Shown here: piece after piece, positions 14,327 to 27,289 of the stretch
Layout of the letters: every line of letters starts with the position of its first letter
How positions within the stretch are numbered: the first letter of the stretch is position 1
DNA from: Takakia lepidozioides
Lineage: Eukaryota > Plantae > Bryophyta
Assembly (NCBI GenBank): GCA_030704615.1
Contig: CM060732.1
Coordinates: 25,978,001-26,042,000 of the forward strand
Length of the DNA stretch: 64,000 nucleotides
Direction: 5' to 3'
The notes under the pieces: generated by a model
Seen by the model: only the letters and a program-made list of their open reading frames with translations
The model's database searches: none
Told to the model about the DNA's origin: nothing
Translations under genes and position numbers: made by a program

Positions 14327-15699
14327 TGTGCGTTGTTGAAATCCCAGAAGACAGGTCGGAGCTAAAGTGTCTCTCTCCAGAAGCCTCGGTTAATCTGCTC
14401 AAGAATAGGATCCCTCAGGCCGGCAGCGATTTACTAAAAGTAAGAGCTAAAGTCCCTTCTCCATCTTAAGATGAAACTGGCCACGCGGTACCCGCATTCC
14501 CAAAAGAAGGCCATGAATCACATTCTTGACGCCGAGACTTGTATGCCGTGCGGCTGTTGTTGTTCCGCTGCTGCACGTAAGCGGCTTCAATTTGGGATGC
14601 GCAGGATCAAACAGTTGTCCAGACTATACCCACAGCAACTGCACGCATTCAGCTTTCCCTGCACCTGCAATGACACAAAGAAATGTGTTGCTTAAGGTGC
14701 AAAAATCCACTCCAAATCCAAGGTACAGTACGAATCTGAAGATTGGTGTGCTGTCAGCCACAGTCACGCACAAATAAGTTAGGAGGTTTCCGATAAAGGA
14801 AAACCTCTCCAAGCGAAAAACCTTCGTTTTGGCCAGGGCTACACATATCACAGTACCCTTCCCGCCCTTGTTCTCCAGACTAGTAGCTGCCTTCATATCT
14901 TGCAAAATCGTCCCGTTGCCCACCTTGGTGCCCACTTACGATCGAGACAATGCCACTCGCCGCGCAAACAAGCCGGCTCCGCGCGTGATGATCGGACGGC
15001 CTCACAGTCTCGACGTTGAGAGCGTCCATCGCGCCATGGATCTCAAGCCCTAGGGTTTGTCTTTTCCTTCCTTCTTCTTGGTATCTAATAATTACCTTCA
15101 TGGAGGTACGTTGTTCATGGAGTTGTACCACTCTGGACACAGCAGACTCGTTTTCTTTTTTGAAATAGTTTTGGCCCTGCCATCCCGTGGTAGCGAGGGT
15201 TCGATTCCAGAAGTAGAGCAACAGATGGATATTGTCGGTATCTCTGTGGAATTAATACGGTATGTCGGGATTATGAATGTAGGATATGTTATATTAATGA
15301 GATATTAGCTTCGCGGGAGAGAAGGAGGACAGTGCCCCGAGGCTCGTGACAGCAAGGCTACAAAGCGCAAGCAAGCAGACGTACACATTTTGAGTTTGTT
15401 GACTTGTGGGATCTCTTGTAAAGACTAAGCTTCTGTCTGTAGCTGAATCGGTGGATCACTGGATCATAGGTGGCGAGCTTAATATGATTGATAACCCTGA
15501 ATGGATGGGGTCTGGTTGCCCACTCAAATAGGTAAGCCCCCCAAGTTTGCGTGGGCTCTGTCCATTAGAGGATGGTCCAGGAATCAGAAAAGGGGGATAT
15601 ATAGTAAGGCATAGAGGGATTTGAAGAAATAACCTTTGTGTAAGGGGGTCCAAACACGTGAGTCACCTATGGGCTGCAACCTGTTGTCGAATATTCTAG

Positions 15700-16490
15700 A
15701 AAACTACATGCACGGTGACGGTGGTATGGAACAACGAAGACACGACAGGTTGCAGCGAGAGTGCATACGAAGAAGGCAATAGCAAGGAAACGGAATGAAC
15801 AGAGGAGGAAGCCTATTAGATGCAAAACAGAGAACAAATTTTTAGAAACTAGCATGACGATAGGTGTTGGAGGAGCAGATGTTGCTGAAGATTGCCTTGC
15901 AAAGATGGACGAGTTTATGCAAGAAGCTCGTTTGGTTGGACTGTGCGAGTTGAAAAAAGGTGGTACGCTTTTGCATCTACATCTACAAATGGTTTCTCAA
16001 GTATGTACTTCAAGTATTCAAATGTTGAACAGGCTCATTAAAAAAAAAAATGGGTAGATCCACAAATTGCGCTTCTCGGTCAAGTGGTTCATTGCAAATT
16101 ATTGAGAGACATGGGTCTTTACACATTTGTTGGCATGGTGGGCTACTGTCTCAAAGACATCGATGAACCACACTTTCAGTTTGTGCATAAAGGTATTGTT
16201 GTTGAGTAGATGCAATAGGGCATGGATGAGTTCGGTGCTTTGCCACCGAAAATCGAGTCTCCCTCTCGCACTAGAATATGTTGGAGCGTGCATAGATGTG
16301 GCATAAACACAAAATGTGTAGACAGCTCTTGACTACACTCCCATGCAGTTCTTCTTCACATGTTAAAGATCTGGGCAGTTCTATCCTGCAGCAGGGTGGG
16401 TGGTTCCGTTCAAACACAGCGGCATGGATTACGAAAGATCCACATCCATCTAGAAATCTATGGTTTCACTGTAGGGGCTCACCATGGTTG
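15700..16490 (+). mobile_element. Replitron-type HUH endonuclease transposase remnant
   Basis: ORF 15761-16057 has GGTLLHLHLQMV (HUH); after a poly-A frameshift it continues GQVVHCKLLRDMGLYTFVGMVGYCLKD (catalytic Tyr, ~16144) and later MLRSGQFYPAAGWVVP; no helicase domain. Confidence 0.8.
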
Positions 16491-16979
16491 ACATAGCCAG
16501 AATTTTTTTAGGTCTCATCTGCTTTTTTTAGGCTTCAAGACTTGGGGGCTACAAGAGTTGCCGAAAATGTTGTTGTCGCGACACTCTCATCAAACTGTAG
16601 CGGTTTGCAAAATTTGAGTGCATACGTCCCTCATGCTTCTCATAATCGTGAGAGGCTGCAGCCAAAGTACATCCCAATTACTCTTCGATCTGGCCATCTA
16701 CAACGTGTCTTTTAGAAAAGCTTGTAATGGCTACTCTTCTGTGCACTGTACAAACCCTACTTTCCACCTTTTTACCTTTTTGTAATTTGTTAATAAAGTG
16801 GCAGTACCACATGCATGGAAGAATTAATTAATGTGCACTCATAGCTGAATAAGCCCCCCAAGTTGTCGGTGGAGGAGAGTAACTCTTGGGAATCCTCATG
16901 CTTATCCGTTGCTTTGTTAGATGTCTCCTCTCATTCTTGCAATGACCTTGGACACCTAGTCTAATGAGCCCCTTCTGAC

Positions 16980-17770
16980 CTAATGATGGCTAGATTAGAT
17001 CGTTTGTATATGTCTCCTGCTATTGGCTCGTCGACTGCCGCTCCCACTAGCCCTATTCTTCCTGAGTTTGATCATGCGGTCATATCCCTTTATTTATGCA
17101 CCCTTGGTAATAAAACCAAAGGGAGCGGCCACTTCAAATTGAACTCCACCATCTTGAATAATCATGTTATTTCTGAACATATTTCGGCCTGTCGATGCGG
17201 CCTGCTCCTTCTCCTCCCCCACTCTCATGTTTCTCTTTAAGCTTCACGTTGTCCGCAAACTCTCTAAAGAGTCAACTAAAGCCAACAATCTGAGAGAGAG
17301 AGAGAAATATTGTTGAATGTTTGGCTATGTGTCAAAAACGTTTGAAACCAATTTGGTCAGCCCCAGAACTTGGCCTCGTAGAACCCGGACCAAAAGTAAT
17401 CTTAGGCAGCTTAAAATGGCCAAAGAAGTTGTGATCAGGTTAAATATCGATGTCAATTGGTCCTTGAAGGGGGAAAAATGACTAATATATTATGATATTT
17501 TCTTAAAGCTAAATAACAAAATATGGCGAATTCAATTGAGGCCCTCAAGAAACGACTGAAGTAGTCGCCAGCCATAGCTGCCATAACTTTGGGGTTGGAG
17601 GAGAAGTCACCTACAAGGTTTTTTGACAATTAAAGAGTGGCAACTCCGGAGGTCATCGTGAGTGCTCATCGCTCTTCGCTCTATGGTATTCCTTCCCATA
17701 TGTCTGGTGACGATATCGTTTCAATCAACGCTCCATTCTCTATGGAGGAATTGGCTCGGAACTGGGCTCT
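16980..17770 (+). mobile_element. L1-type LINE ORF2 fragment (endonuclease C-terminus and linker)
   Basis: ARLDRLYMS...DHAVISL...GSGHFKLNSTILN, then VNWSLKG and INAPFSMEEL; disrupted. Confidence 0.75.
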
Positions 17771-17779
17771 GCGATAAGA

Positions 17780-18830
17780 TCCTTAGCTCATGAAGGGCTG
17801 CCCTCCTACTCCCCATTGTCAGGTGATTTTAGTCTTATCCATATGCGATCTCTTTGTTGTAAATGTAGTATCCACTCATCCTTGAAATGACGGTCGGGCA
17901 GGATACACTATAAGGTCAGCTCTGTCAGCCCTGCCTTTCTACAACGCTCATGCCATGAAGGAGGTCTTTGTATGTTACCTCACAATCTAACGAGACAGTA
18001 GAACAAAAGCGAATGGCATGCAATAATAAGGCACTTGGCCCTTGCACAAAGAAATTTATCAAGCCAGAGTGGGTTGATAAGGCATTTTCCCTTGCGATAA
18101 GCAAGAGCGGCTTCTTTGTAACCAAAAATCAGCGCCGTTAGGATGCCCAAAGACTGCCAATTCAAAGTGCGGCGGTTGAAAGCAAGTTGTTTGATCTCCG
18201 AGACAGGCAGAGTTGAGCGGGCCCTCGAAGCATCGTCGTCAGAGGTGAGCGGAAGATGTTGAACTTGGAAGATGTTGAGTGTTCAAAGCATGGTCTTCAG
18301 GTGCAATATGCGTTGCAACGAAGTGAGGTAGGAGGTCCTTACGAATTCTCTTCTAATGGCATTGAGAAAGCAATCATAAGGATCGACGAGAGTCTTCACT
18401 CAATTCAGCTGTTGCTCATGCAGATTCAGAATGCGTTGTTGGCAGAAATCATGAGCGATCTGAGCTAGAACTTCTTCCAGGATGAGCCCCACAAGATCAA
18501 CGTCACCATCTACAGATTCGTCTTCCCAAGGAGCTTCATACACCTCAAATGGATGGGGATCCGTGTTTTCTCCCAAGAATAACGGAACCAGGACGAGCTG
18601 TGCAGCGAAGTGGAGTGGCACAGTAAGGCGGGCGAGAATCAGAGTAGAAGCCTTGTGTGGGTGTAGCGATAAGAGCGGATTGTGCAGCTCGGATCACCCG
18701 CGTGGCCAAGGAGCTGGTGACCACACCAGGAGCTGAACGGGAGGAAGAATGCGCCGACGAATCAGAGAAGGCAGATTGGGTAGCATTAGAAACCATCCTA
18801 AACAAGCAGAGCAGAAAGCAAACACATTGA
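17780..18830 (-). pseudogene. Degenerate ORF of unknown function, possibly TE-derived
   Basis: A reading frame extends from ORF 18400-18621 through isolated stops; no recognisable motif. Confidence 0.3.
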
Positions 18831-20029
18831 GAAAAATAAAAAACGAAGAAGCTGGAGGGAACAGTAGGAAGAAGTCATGGTGTCGGCGAGCAGGTCAATG
18901 TAGGCTTAAGCAAACCGCATCTCCACCACAAAACACGTTTAGGGCTTGATTCTGCTTTCTACAGAAACGCCAGTATCAGGGGATGATAACTCGGCAAAAC
19001 AAGTCACGCGCAGAGGAGGGGTTCACACAGCAGAGGACGTTGACAGGTACTTTGCTGCAGCTCGCGGACGCACAGATTACACACTCAGATTACGTTCATC
19101 ACTCTGTCACCTCACAGCCACCGCCACAGCTCATACCATGTACACAGAAATGAACACAAGAAAATACGTCCTTTTTTTTTTGCTCGGGAAAGCTTTTATT
19201 CAAATCCAGATCAGATCCTAGTCACGGACACGCATCAAGGCGCAAGCAGCTATCTGCCACATCATCATATCAAAGCCGTTGCAGGGGTAAGCGCTGCAAA
19301 ATATTAATATATAAGTAACGATATACCTAGAGTAGATCTGACATAGTAGCTTGCAACAACTCTCTACCATTACGAACAGCGGCCCCTCTTTACACCGGGA
19401 ATTTTCCATGAAAACGGATGTGACTCCAAAAACCTTAGCAAAGAAAAATTCCCGGTAGTTATTTTTTTTCTTTTTTTTTTTCTTTTTTCTGGAGATAGGC
19501 TGGAGTTCTTTGGGAGTGGATAATCCCCCATTGCCTCATCGGCCAAAGCCGATGTCGAGAAATGAGTAATCATATTCCTGATATGGGGCAACAATAATGG
19601 CCTAATTTGGTGTGCTTTTCTTGGCCTCAATAGAGATGACAGACAAAATGGATTCTATATGAGTCATTAACAAATATTAGAAAAACAATATAGGAATTGT
19701 AATGTGGGCATTTCCTCTTACTTAGAAATAGTTATCTGTGGTGCTAATAATAATGAAAAATTGTGATTTGGAGTGTGGTAATTCACTTCAATGGTGTGTG
19801 AGCAAGCCTCCACACAGTGATTAGAAGGTAGTATGCCACTTTTTTTAACAACATATTTTAGGAAGGTAGTTTAATTAAATACCTTATACAAGTATTTATT
19901 TGAACAACAACAGCTCTTCTCGTTATAGAGGTAACTAATACCTGTCGCTCCCAGGCGTTTCCCTTTAACTTAAAAACAAAAACAAAAACAAAACCTAATC
20001 AATACCTTGATATTGGAGTGAGCAAACTA

Positions 20030-20708
20030 CCGTAGGTTCCTAGCAGATTAGGCACCCCAATGCCTAATAATTATTAAATTTGGAATATTATTAGGCAGAT
20101 TCGTTTTTATTATTTAAGCACCTCACCTAGGTATTTTCCAAACATTAGGCATGTATTACAGTCAACCCTGGATAAATGTTACTTGCTTTTTTGTTATGTC
20201 ACCCTTATTCAGTTTCAGTGTGAGGCTATGAGAGCCAATTTTACAGAGCCTTTGTTTACAACCACAACTCCTCAAGTGGAAGTGGAAAGGACTCTTAGTT
20301 GCTGAGAGATACCACATTTCTATCTTGATGTTGAGGTGGTGGAGAGGATGAGTCGTTGCCTTGGAAATTTGCACATTGAAGACTCAGATGTACTTGACTT
20401 GAATGGGAATGAAGACTTCAATAATGAGCATATGCAAGATGTTCGAGGACTCATTGGAAGGTCCTTTGGAGGGGTTGTATGGACCTAGGGAGTTGGCCTA
20501 TACTTTTTTGAATATTTATGGAGGCATTTGTTTTTTGTTTTCAATAGAAATTTTATAGAGTAGGATTTGTTTAGACAATTTTACTGAATTAGGCACTTCC
20601 ATATTATTTTTCCAACCTTTTAGGCATAAATCTTGAAAAATCACAGATTTGCTTAGGCATTTTAAAAAAAAAAAATTAATTTGTCCCTAATCTGTTATGA
20701 ACCTACAG
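20030..20708. mobile_element. Tc1/mariner-type MITE (~680 bp)
   Basis: TIRs CCGTAGGTTCCTAGCAGATTAGG and CCTAATCTGTTATGAACCTACAG (20/23 match), TA on both sides (20028-29, 20709-10), AT-rich non-coding interior. Confidence 0.8.
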
Positions 20709-20902
20709 TAATGCAGACATTAATTACCTTTATAGTGGTGATTTGAACAATATGAATGTTCGTCAGTTGGCATGATGTCATGGGTGCATAGGCTACATGG
20801 AGGCTGGTACATAGTAATCAAGGAACACAACTGATACAGACGGCTGTTACTTATAGCATAAGGCACTTGGACTAAGTTGGACTCACCGACCTCTTTGATA
20901 TA

Positions 20903-22272
20903 TCAATCTAAGCCAATTTGTTTGTTTTGTTTTGTAGCGTCGTTGAGATCTCCCAAACCGCCGTTGGAGAGCCCTCAACGAGGAGGGGTGCATCGGCTTG
21001 GTCTCATGATTTTTGGACCCGCGTTGTGGGAGATCTGAAATTACAAGTACTTTTGGTCGGGAAATTTCGGAAAAAATAGCAAAGTGGGCTTTCCAGGAAC
21101 AATGATTGGCCCTTCATGTGGAAGATTTGGAATTTCAAGTGCTTTTGGTCGCTGGAAATTCGTGAAAAATAGCAAAGTGGATATATCATTATATGAAGCC
21201 TCGACATGGGAGATTGCAAAAATAGCAAAGTGGGCTTTGTTGGAACAATGACGTGGAGATCTCCCAAACTGTAGGGTCTCTGGATACACAGGGGATTGCA
21301 CTTGGACTTAGATGACATTAGACATTGGAGGTCGCACTTGGGCGTCTACATAGGAGACGCATTTGGATACATAGCAGATTGCACTTGGGCTTAGATGACA
21401 GTGGACACTTGGGCCTCTACACGGGAGATGCACTTGGATACATGGGAAGATTGCACTTGGGCTTAGATGGGCCTCGACATAAGAGACGCATGGGGATACA
21501 TAGGAAATTGCACTTGGTCTTACATTTCAATTATTTACACATGGGCCAACGCACAGGCTACCCTAGTCAATATATGAAGCGAGACGTTTGTTTTGTTTTG
21601 TAGCGTCGTTGAAAACTCCCAAACCGTGGGGCCTTAGCCGTGGTGCTTGGTGCCGTTGGAAAGCCCCCCATGAGGAGGGGTGCACCGGTTTGGTCTCATG
21701 ATTTTTGGACCTGCGGTGTGGGAGATATGGAAATTCAAGTACTTTTGGTCGCTGGAAATTCGAGAAAAATAGCAAAGTGGGCTTTCTTGGAGCAATGATT
21801 GGCCCTTCATGTGGGAGATTTGGAATTTCAAGTATTTTTGGTTGCTGGAAATTCACGAAAAATAGCAAAGTGGATATATCAATATATGAAGCCTCGACAT
21901 GGGAGATGGTAAAAATAGCAAAGTGGGCTTTGGAATTGCACTTGGACTTAGATGACATGGACACTGGAGGTCGCACTTGGGCCTCCACATGGGTGAAGCA
22001 CTTGGATACATAGGAGAATGCACTTGGGCTTAGATTTCAATTCTTCACACATGGGCCAATGGCACATGCTACCCTAGATCTCGCAAACTGCAGGGTCTCT
22101 GGATACATAGGGGATTGCACTTGGATTTAGATGACACTGGACACTTGGGCCAACGGCACTGGCTGCCCTAGAGGTTGCATTTGGGCCTCGACATAGGAGA
22201 TGCTCTTGGGGGATTGCACTTGGACTTAGCTGACGACACTGGACACTTGGGCCAACAACACCGGCTACTAGT

Positions 22273-22326
<54 letters not shown>

Positions 22327-23376
22327 ACATATGAAGCGAGGCAATTTGTTTTGTTTGTTTTGTAACGTTGAGATCTCCCAAACCGCGGGGCCTTAGCCCC
22401 GATGTTTGGTGCCGTTGGAAAGCCCCCGATGAGGAGGGGTGCACCGGTTTGGTCTCATGATTTTTGGACCTGCGGTGTGGGAGATATGGAAATTCAAGTA
22501 CTTTTGGTCGTTGGAAATTCGAGAAAAATAGCAAAGTGGGCTTTCCTGGAGCAATGATTGGCCCTTCATGTGGGAGATTTGGAATTTCAAGTATTTTTGG
22601 TGGCTGGAAATTCGCGAAAAATAGCAAAGTGTATATATCAATATATGAAGCCTCGACATGGGAGATGGTAAAAATAGCAAAATGGGCTTTGGACGTGCAC
22701 TTAGACTTAGATGACATTGGACGCTGGAGGTCACATGGGTGAAGCACTTGGATACATAGGAGATTGCACTTGGGCTTAGATTTCAATTCTTCACATATGA
22801 GCCAATGGCACATGCTACCCTAGGTCTCGCAAACTGCAGGGTCTCTGGATACATAGGGGATTGCATTTGGATTTAGATGACACGGACATTTGGGCCAACG
22901 GCACAGGCTGCCCTAGAGGTTGCATTTGGGCCTCGACATAGAAGATGCTCTTGGATACTTAGGGGATTGCACTTGGACTTAGCTGATGACACTCGACACT
23001 TGGGCCAACAACAGATGCTACGAGTATATATATGTATCAACATATGAAGCGAGACAATTTGTTTTGTTTGTTTTGTAACATTGAGATCTCCCAAACCGCA
23101 GGGGCCTGCCCTGGTGCTTGGTACCGTTGGAAAGCCCTCGATGAGGAGGGGTGCACTGACTTGGTCTCATGATTTTTTGGCCATGCGGTGTGGGAGATAT
23201 GGAATTTCAAGTACTTTTGGGCGCTGGAAATTCGTGAAAAATAGCAAAGTGGGCTTTTCTGGAACAATGATGTGGAGATCTCCCAAATTGCTCAGGGTCA
23301 CTGGATACATAGGGGATTGCACGGGGACTTAGATGACATGACTGGACACTTGGGCCAATGGCACAGGCTACCCTAC
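20903..23376 (+). mobile_element. Head-to-tail array of four copies of a ~0.35-0.7 kb non-autonomous Helitron-like element
   Basis: Copies at about 20903-21566, 21567-22271, 22324-23024 and 23037-23376. Each starts TCAA and ends CTAG or a variant followed by T, after an imperfect hairpin (CTTGGGCC-AAC-GGCACAGG). Direct CTAG|TC junction at 21566/21567. Confidence 0.7.
22273..22323. repeat. Compound (AC)n(AT)n microsatellite
   Basis: Directly visible between two Helitron-like copies. Confidence 0.95.
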
Positions 23377-24463
23377 TATATACTGAAAAAGGGGACTTTC
23401 ATATTGTATTGTGAAAAATCCATTTTAGGGGAAAAGCCATTTACATCCTTTTTTTTTGTTTTTCCCTGTAAGAGGAATATTGAGACAGTGGTAAGGAATT
23501 GTTTTTTTAATTCTATAATATGATGTATGAGTGTGATAAGCAACGTGGCAAAGCGAACCCCATGTCCAACGGTGGAATATCTGCCACGTGCCGTGACCTT
23601 TGGGACAGATAAAGGCTTCGGGCAGAACCTTTTTGTCCCATTCGACTCAAATGACACACAGAAAAACCACGTTTTCCTTAACATATTTGAGCTGATAAGT
23701 ATGAGCAGTCGGTAGCTGAGTTGGATACTATTAGAGCGCTGCTTGCGACTCATCAGCAACACAAACCAAACTCACGTTACTTACCAGAGTCAACAGCCCT
23801 GGGGTCGTGTGCCGTTGCCCATAACCCCCGCAGGTTTCAGTAAAGACAATAACGACAAGGCACTGTAGGCTGGCACCGTTATCTTTCCGTTGCTTAACTT
23901 TATCGACACCTTGTGTTTACTGCGCTATGTAAGTACGCGGGTGTTTCCTTGCCTGATTTGGTCAGCAGGTTCCGCTCCTTCTGAAGAATTAAAATAAATT
24001 GGGTGTAAAACTGAAAAATTCGGACTCGGGGCGAATTTAAAAAAAAGAGACGGAGAATATTGGAGAAAGGTGGCCCGCCGGCGGCGTGGGGCGAGCCGTG
24101 GCAGCACGTGGTCGCCGGCGGCACAGCACGGCTGTGCGCTGCCGTGTTGCGCGGGGGGGGCAGGTGCGAGTGTTGGTGGGGGCTGGCGGGGCAGCCAGCG
24201 AACGGGGTGCGGCCGCTGACTTGGAGTCTGCGTGCGCCTTGCTGCCTTGTTGGCGTTTGGCAGCCACTGTGGCGGATTCCTAGTGGCGCGCTCTATTTGC
24301 AACTGTGATGAGATCGAATAGCTTCCATCTCGAGCTCTATATTCTCCGCTGGCAGCTGCTCGCTCGGGACGAGAGTAGAGGCTGCGAGGAGGGTGAGATT
24401 GTTTGGTATGGGGTGTGCGAGATGTAAGAGATTTTGTATGGGACCGGGGCCCTCCGTGTAGGA

Positions 24464-25540
24464 ATGGAGGAGAGAGACTGGGCGAGCTTGGCACCGGAGC
24501 TGCTTACGCAGGTTCTTCAAAGAGTACAGAAAGGGGCTGATGAGAGAGGGGAGGGGCGGCGCATGGTTGCGCTATCGGGAGTGTGCCGGAGCTGGCGTCA
24601 TCAGGTGCAGCAGGAGTGGCAAGCGCAATCTACCCTCAGGCTCCTCGTTTTCCCTGCTGCAATACGGCAGGTGATATTCTGTGGGAGACCTCTTCAATGT
24701 CTGTTGAGGAAGAAAGGGAATGTGTTTACTTTGTTTCAGAATTGTGGAAGAGACGGTGATCGTTATTTTCTTATGGTAGCCCGGAAGCGTTGGCGCCCGT
24801 CCTGCACCTACTTTGACGTGAGTACCGATCCGAGGAGCTTGACGAAGGGACATGCTCATCTGGGTAGACTGATATCAAATATCTGGAGATCTGAATTTGT
24901 CCTCGCCGAATCGAAAGAGACTCGGATCGCCAGAAGCGGTCGTGCAGCTTGGAAGGCAGTTCCTGTCCTCGGTGTCAGGTTTGGCGAAGATATCGTCGAT
25001 GGTGTGCGCCAGCGCAAATTGAGCTGTCACCTGCTGCCTTCTTTGAGGTTTTCACTACTGGAGCCTTGTCCGCTTATTGCTTTGGAGGAGCAGCTGGTTG
25101 CAACAGCTAGGAGGTCCTTTCTGAGGTGGAGCTGCTTGTCACCGCCCGAGTACGACTGGAGTCAGACTTACAGCAGTCTGAAGGATGATGGTGAAATACC
25201 TGAGGATGTCGAGGTTGTTGGTGACCTCTATGGAGGGGAGGGTCTGTCTGGCGCTTCAAGGAGTGAAACTGTGTCGTTTGTTAGCAAAGTTCCAGCATGG
25301 GATGGGCGGCAACAATGCTGGTCGCTTGACTTCAAGGGCCGGGCCACCATGGCCTCCATGCACAACTTTCAGTTGGTCTCTGCTGCTGCATCGGAGCCAA
25401 GACTAGAAACAATCTTCTTACAGCTTGGTAAAGTTGGGAAGGGGTTGTTTACACTAGACTTTTGCTACCCACTGTCCGCATTTGAAGCCTTTTCTGTTTG
25501 TCTCGGTAGCTTTGCAACTAGAGTTGGACTGGAACCTTAG
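24464..25540 (+). CDS. Tubby-like F-box protein, intronless
   Basis: F-box WASLAPELLTQVL...GVCRSWR; Tubby C-terminus KVPAWDGRQQCWSLDFKGRATMASMHNFQLV...LQLGKVGKGLFTLDFCYPLSAFEAF; ATG at 24464; uninterrupted frame. Confidence 0.92.
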   Translation: MEERDWASLAPELLTQVLQRVQKGADERGEGRRMVALSGVCRSWRHQVQQEWQAQSTLRLLVFPAAIRQVIFCGRPLQCLLRKKGNVFTLFQNCGRDGDRYFLMVARKRWRPSCTYFDVSTDPRSLTKGHAHLGRLISNIWRSEFVLAESKETRIARSGRAAWKAVPVLGVRFGEDIVDGVRQRKLSCHLLPSLRFSLLEPCPLIALEEQLVATARRSFLRWSCLSPPEYDWSQTYSSLKDDGEIPEDVEVVGDLYGGEGLSGASRSETVSFVSKVPAWDGRQQCWSLDFKGRATMASMHNFQLVSAAASEPRLETIFLQLGKVGKGLFTLDFCYPLSAFEAFSVCLGSFATRVGLEP

Positions 25541-26563
25541 CAAGCAGCCTGCTGCTTTTGCATCTTCGATTTCACTCATGTACCTCAATAATTAGTGCGG
25601 GACATTTTCAAGAGCACTCTGACCTTTTTTTGGGTCAGGCCTTCATGATTTTTCTCTCGATGAATCATGAAGGATATGTAGTCTGTAATCTCTGGAACCA
25701 CTTGTTCCGAACAAAATACCGTAGCAACCAGTTTTTAGTGTGATCTCGGTTAACTGCGCCGGCTGCTGGCTGTGGAGAATTAAAGATCATTTAATCCATC
25801 CAGAGCTGATGATTGCGGTTCAAGTATGATTCATTCACCCATCTAGAGTCTTCCCTCGGAACTGTAGCAGCTGCCAGGGATGTATCGTACATCGGATCAT
25901 TTCTTTAAGTTGTGGAAGACTTATGGGTCCGAAGCGATTGCAAGCAACGAATCAATGCCGGCAAAGCGATCTCCATTTTACCGTTATTGCGTGTGTGCGT
26001 GTTTATGTCGGTACATGCTTAGCCTCCAATCATCGTCAAACAGGCTGCTTACTTGTCGCTCTACCCAGGATAGCCTGAGAAAGCTAGGCAAGCTACGTCC
26101 ATGCTGGTCATGTTCCAATCCATTCGGAAAGAGAAGCCCATATATGGCTTTGTGCCTTTTCAGCGAGTCCCAATCGTGAAACTGAAATGGATAGTACTTA
26201 TGTGTCTGAACCAGTTTAAACACATTTTCCAAGACAATGGTCTCACCATAGCAGTCGATCCAAGAATCCATCTAAGAGAGGCACATTAAGAGATCCGTGA
26301 CAGTGGGCAGTTCGTGTCCCTCCAATCAGGAAGCACTGATTCCACTACTTTCCTGCATTGCATTCTAGGTCTCGTAGAGGGCAGTTTAATGCAGCCGAAC
26401 TTCAGCCTCGTCACCACTGTGCACACTCAGGCCTGTTCATGCAACCTCTTGTTGCATTGCATCTGCCCAGCGGAAAGCCCGCTCAAAAATTCTCTTTTTA
26501 GTCTCAGGGCGCTTATACACTTGAATGGTGCCCTGGCGGATTTGTGTAAGCGGGCCAGCCTGC

Positions 26564-26619
26564 TTACATTTGTGTAAGCGCCCCCTGGCAGGCTCTACAG
26601 GGCGCTTACACAAATGTAA
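26564..26619. repeat. Perfect 20-bp inverted repeat with 16-nt loop
   Basis: TTACATTTGTGTAAGCGCCC ... GGGCGCTTACACAAATGTAA, with partial copies at 26507-26552. Confidence 0.85.
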
Positions 26620-27289
26620 AGCATCTCAAAATTTTGCATATGTAAGTTAGTGTATTTTGATGGCGATTATTAGGTAGAATAGCTCGGCTATGGCGACCAG
26701 TGCATTCCATGGCGCATAGTGCACTCCTCCTTTTTCCTCTTGCTTGTTGCAAACATGTTGAAGAGCTTACACCGCACGCATAAGTAATCGATGTGTGTTG
26801 CGGAAAGAACACAATTCCCAGTGGGACCCATTTCATGCAACACCATAATCTCAAAAATTTAGGATTCAGAGTTGTGATGCAATATTCCAGTCCTTGGGAT
26901 TATTCCTCTTTTCTCTCTCTCTGGAAGACTGAGGGGATTGTAGTGGGTCTAGCTTGCTTTGCCAATAAGAGGGAATGTCTACCTATTAATAATACTATAT
27001 ATGATGCCTCCTGAAGGAAGCGTAAACTATGGTGTCTCTTGACCCAAAGGGCTACTGGCTGGAAGGTGGACACCCTTGTGACAACCACTTCCGAGATGAT
27101 ATGTGTCCATTACGACAACTTGGTTCTATGACCTACCAACATTCATTCGAGCAATCTTCTCACATCCGTCCACGGTGATGAATACCCTAGGACACCTGAC
27201 CTACACTATTTGAAGCCCAAATCATCACCAAGCCCCCAAAGCCCAAGCAGTCAGTATAAATAGAATAAAAACATAATCTAAACGAGAGG

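Noticed and set aside
21004-23332. Repeated ORFs (MSSKSKCN...KPTLLFF) as a protein family
   Set aside because: They are translations of the non-coding repeat, with frames varying between copies
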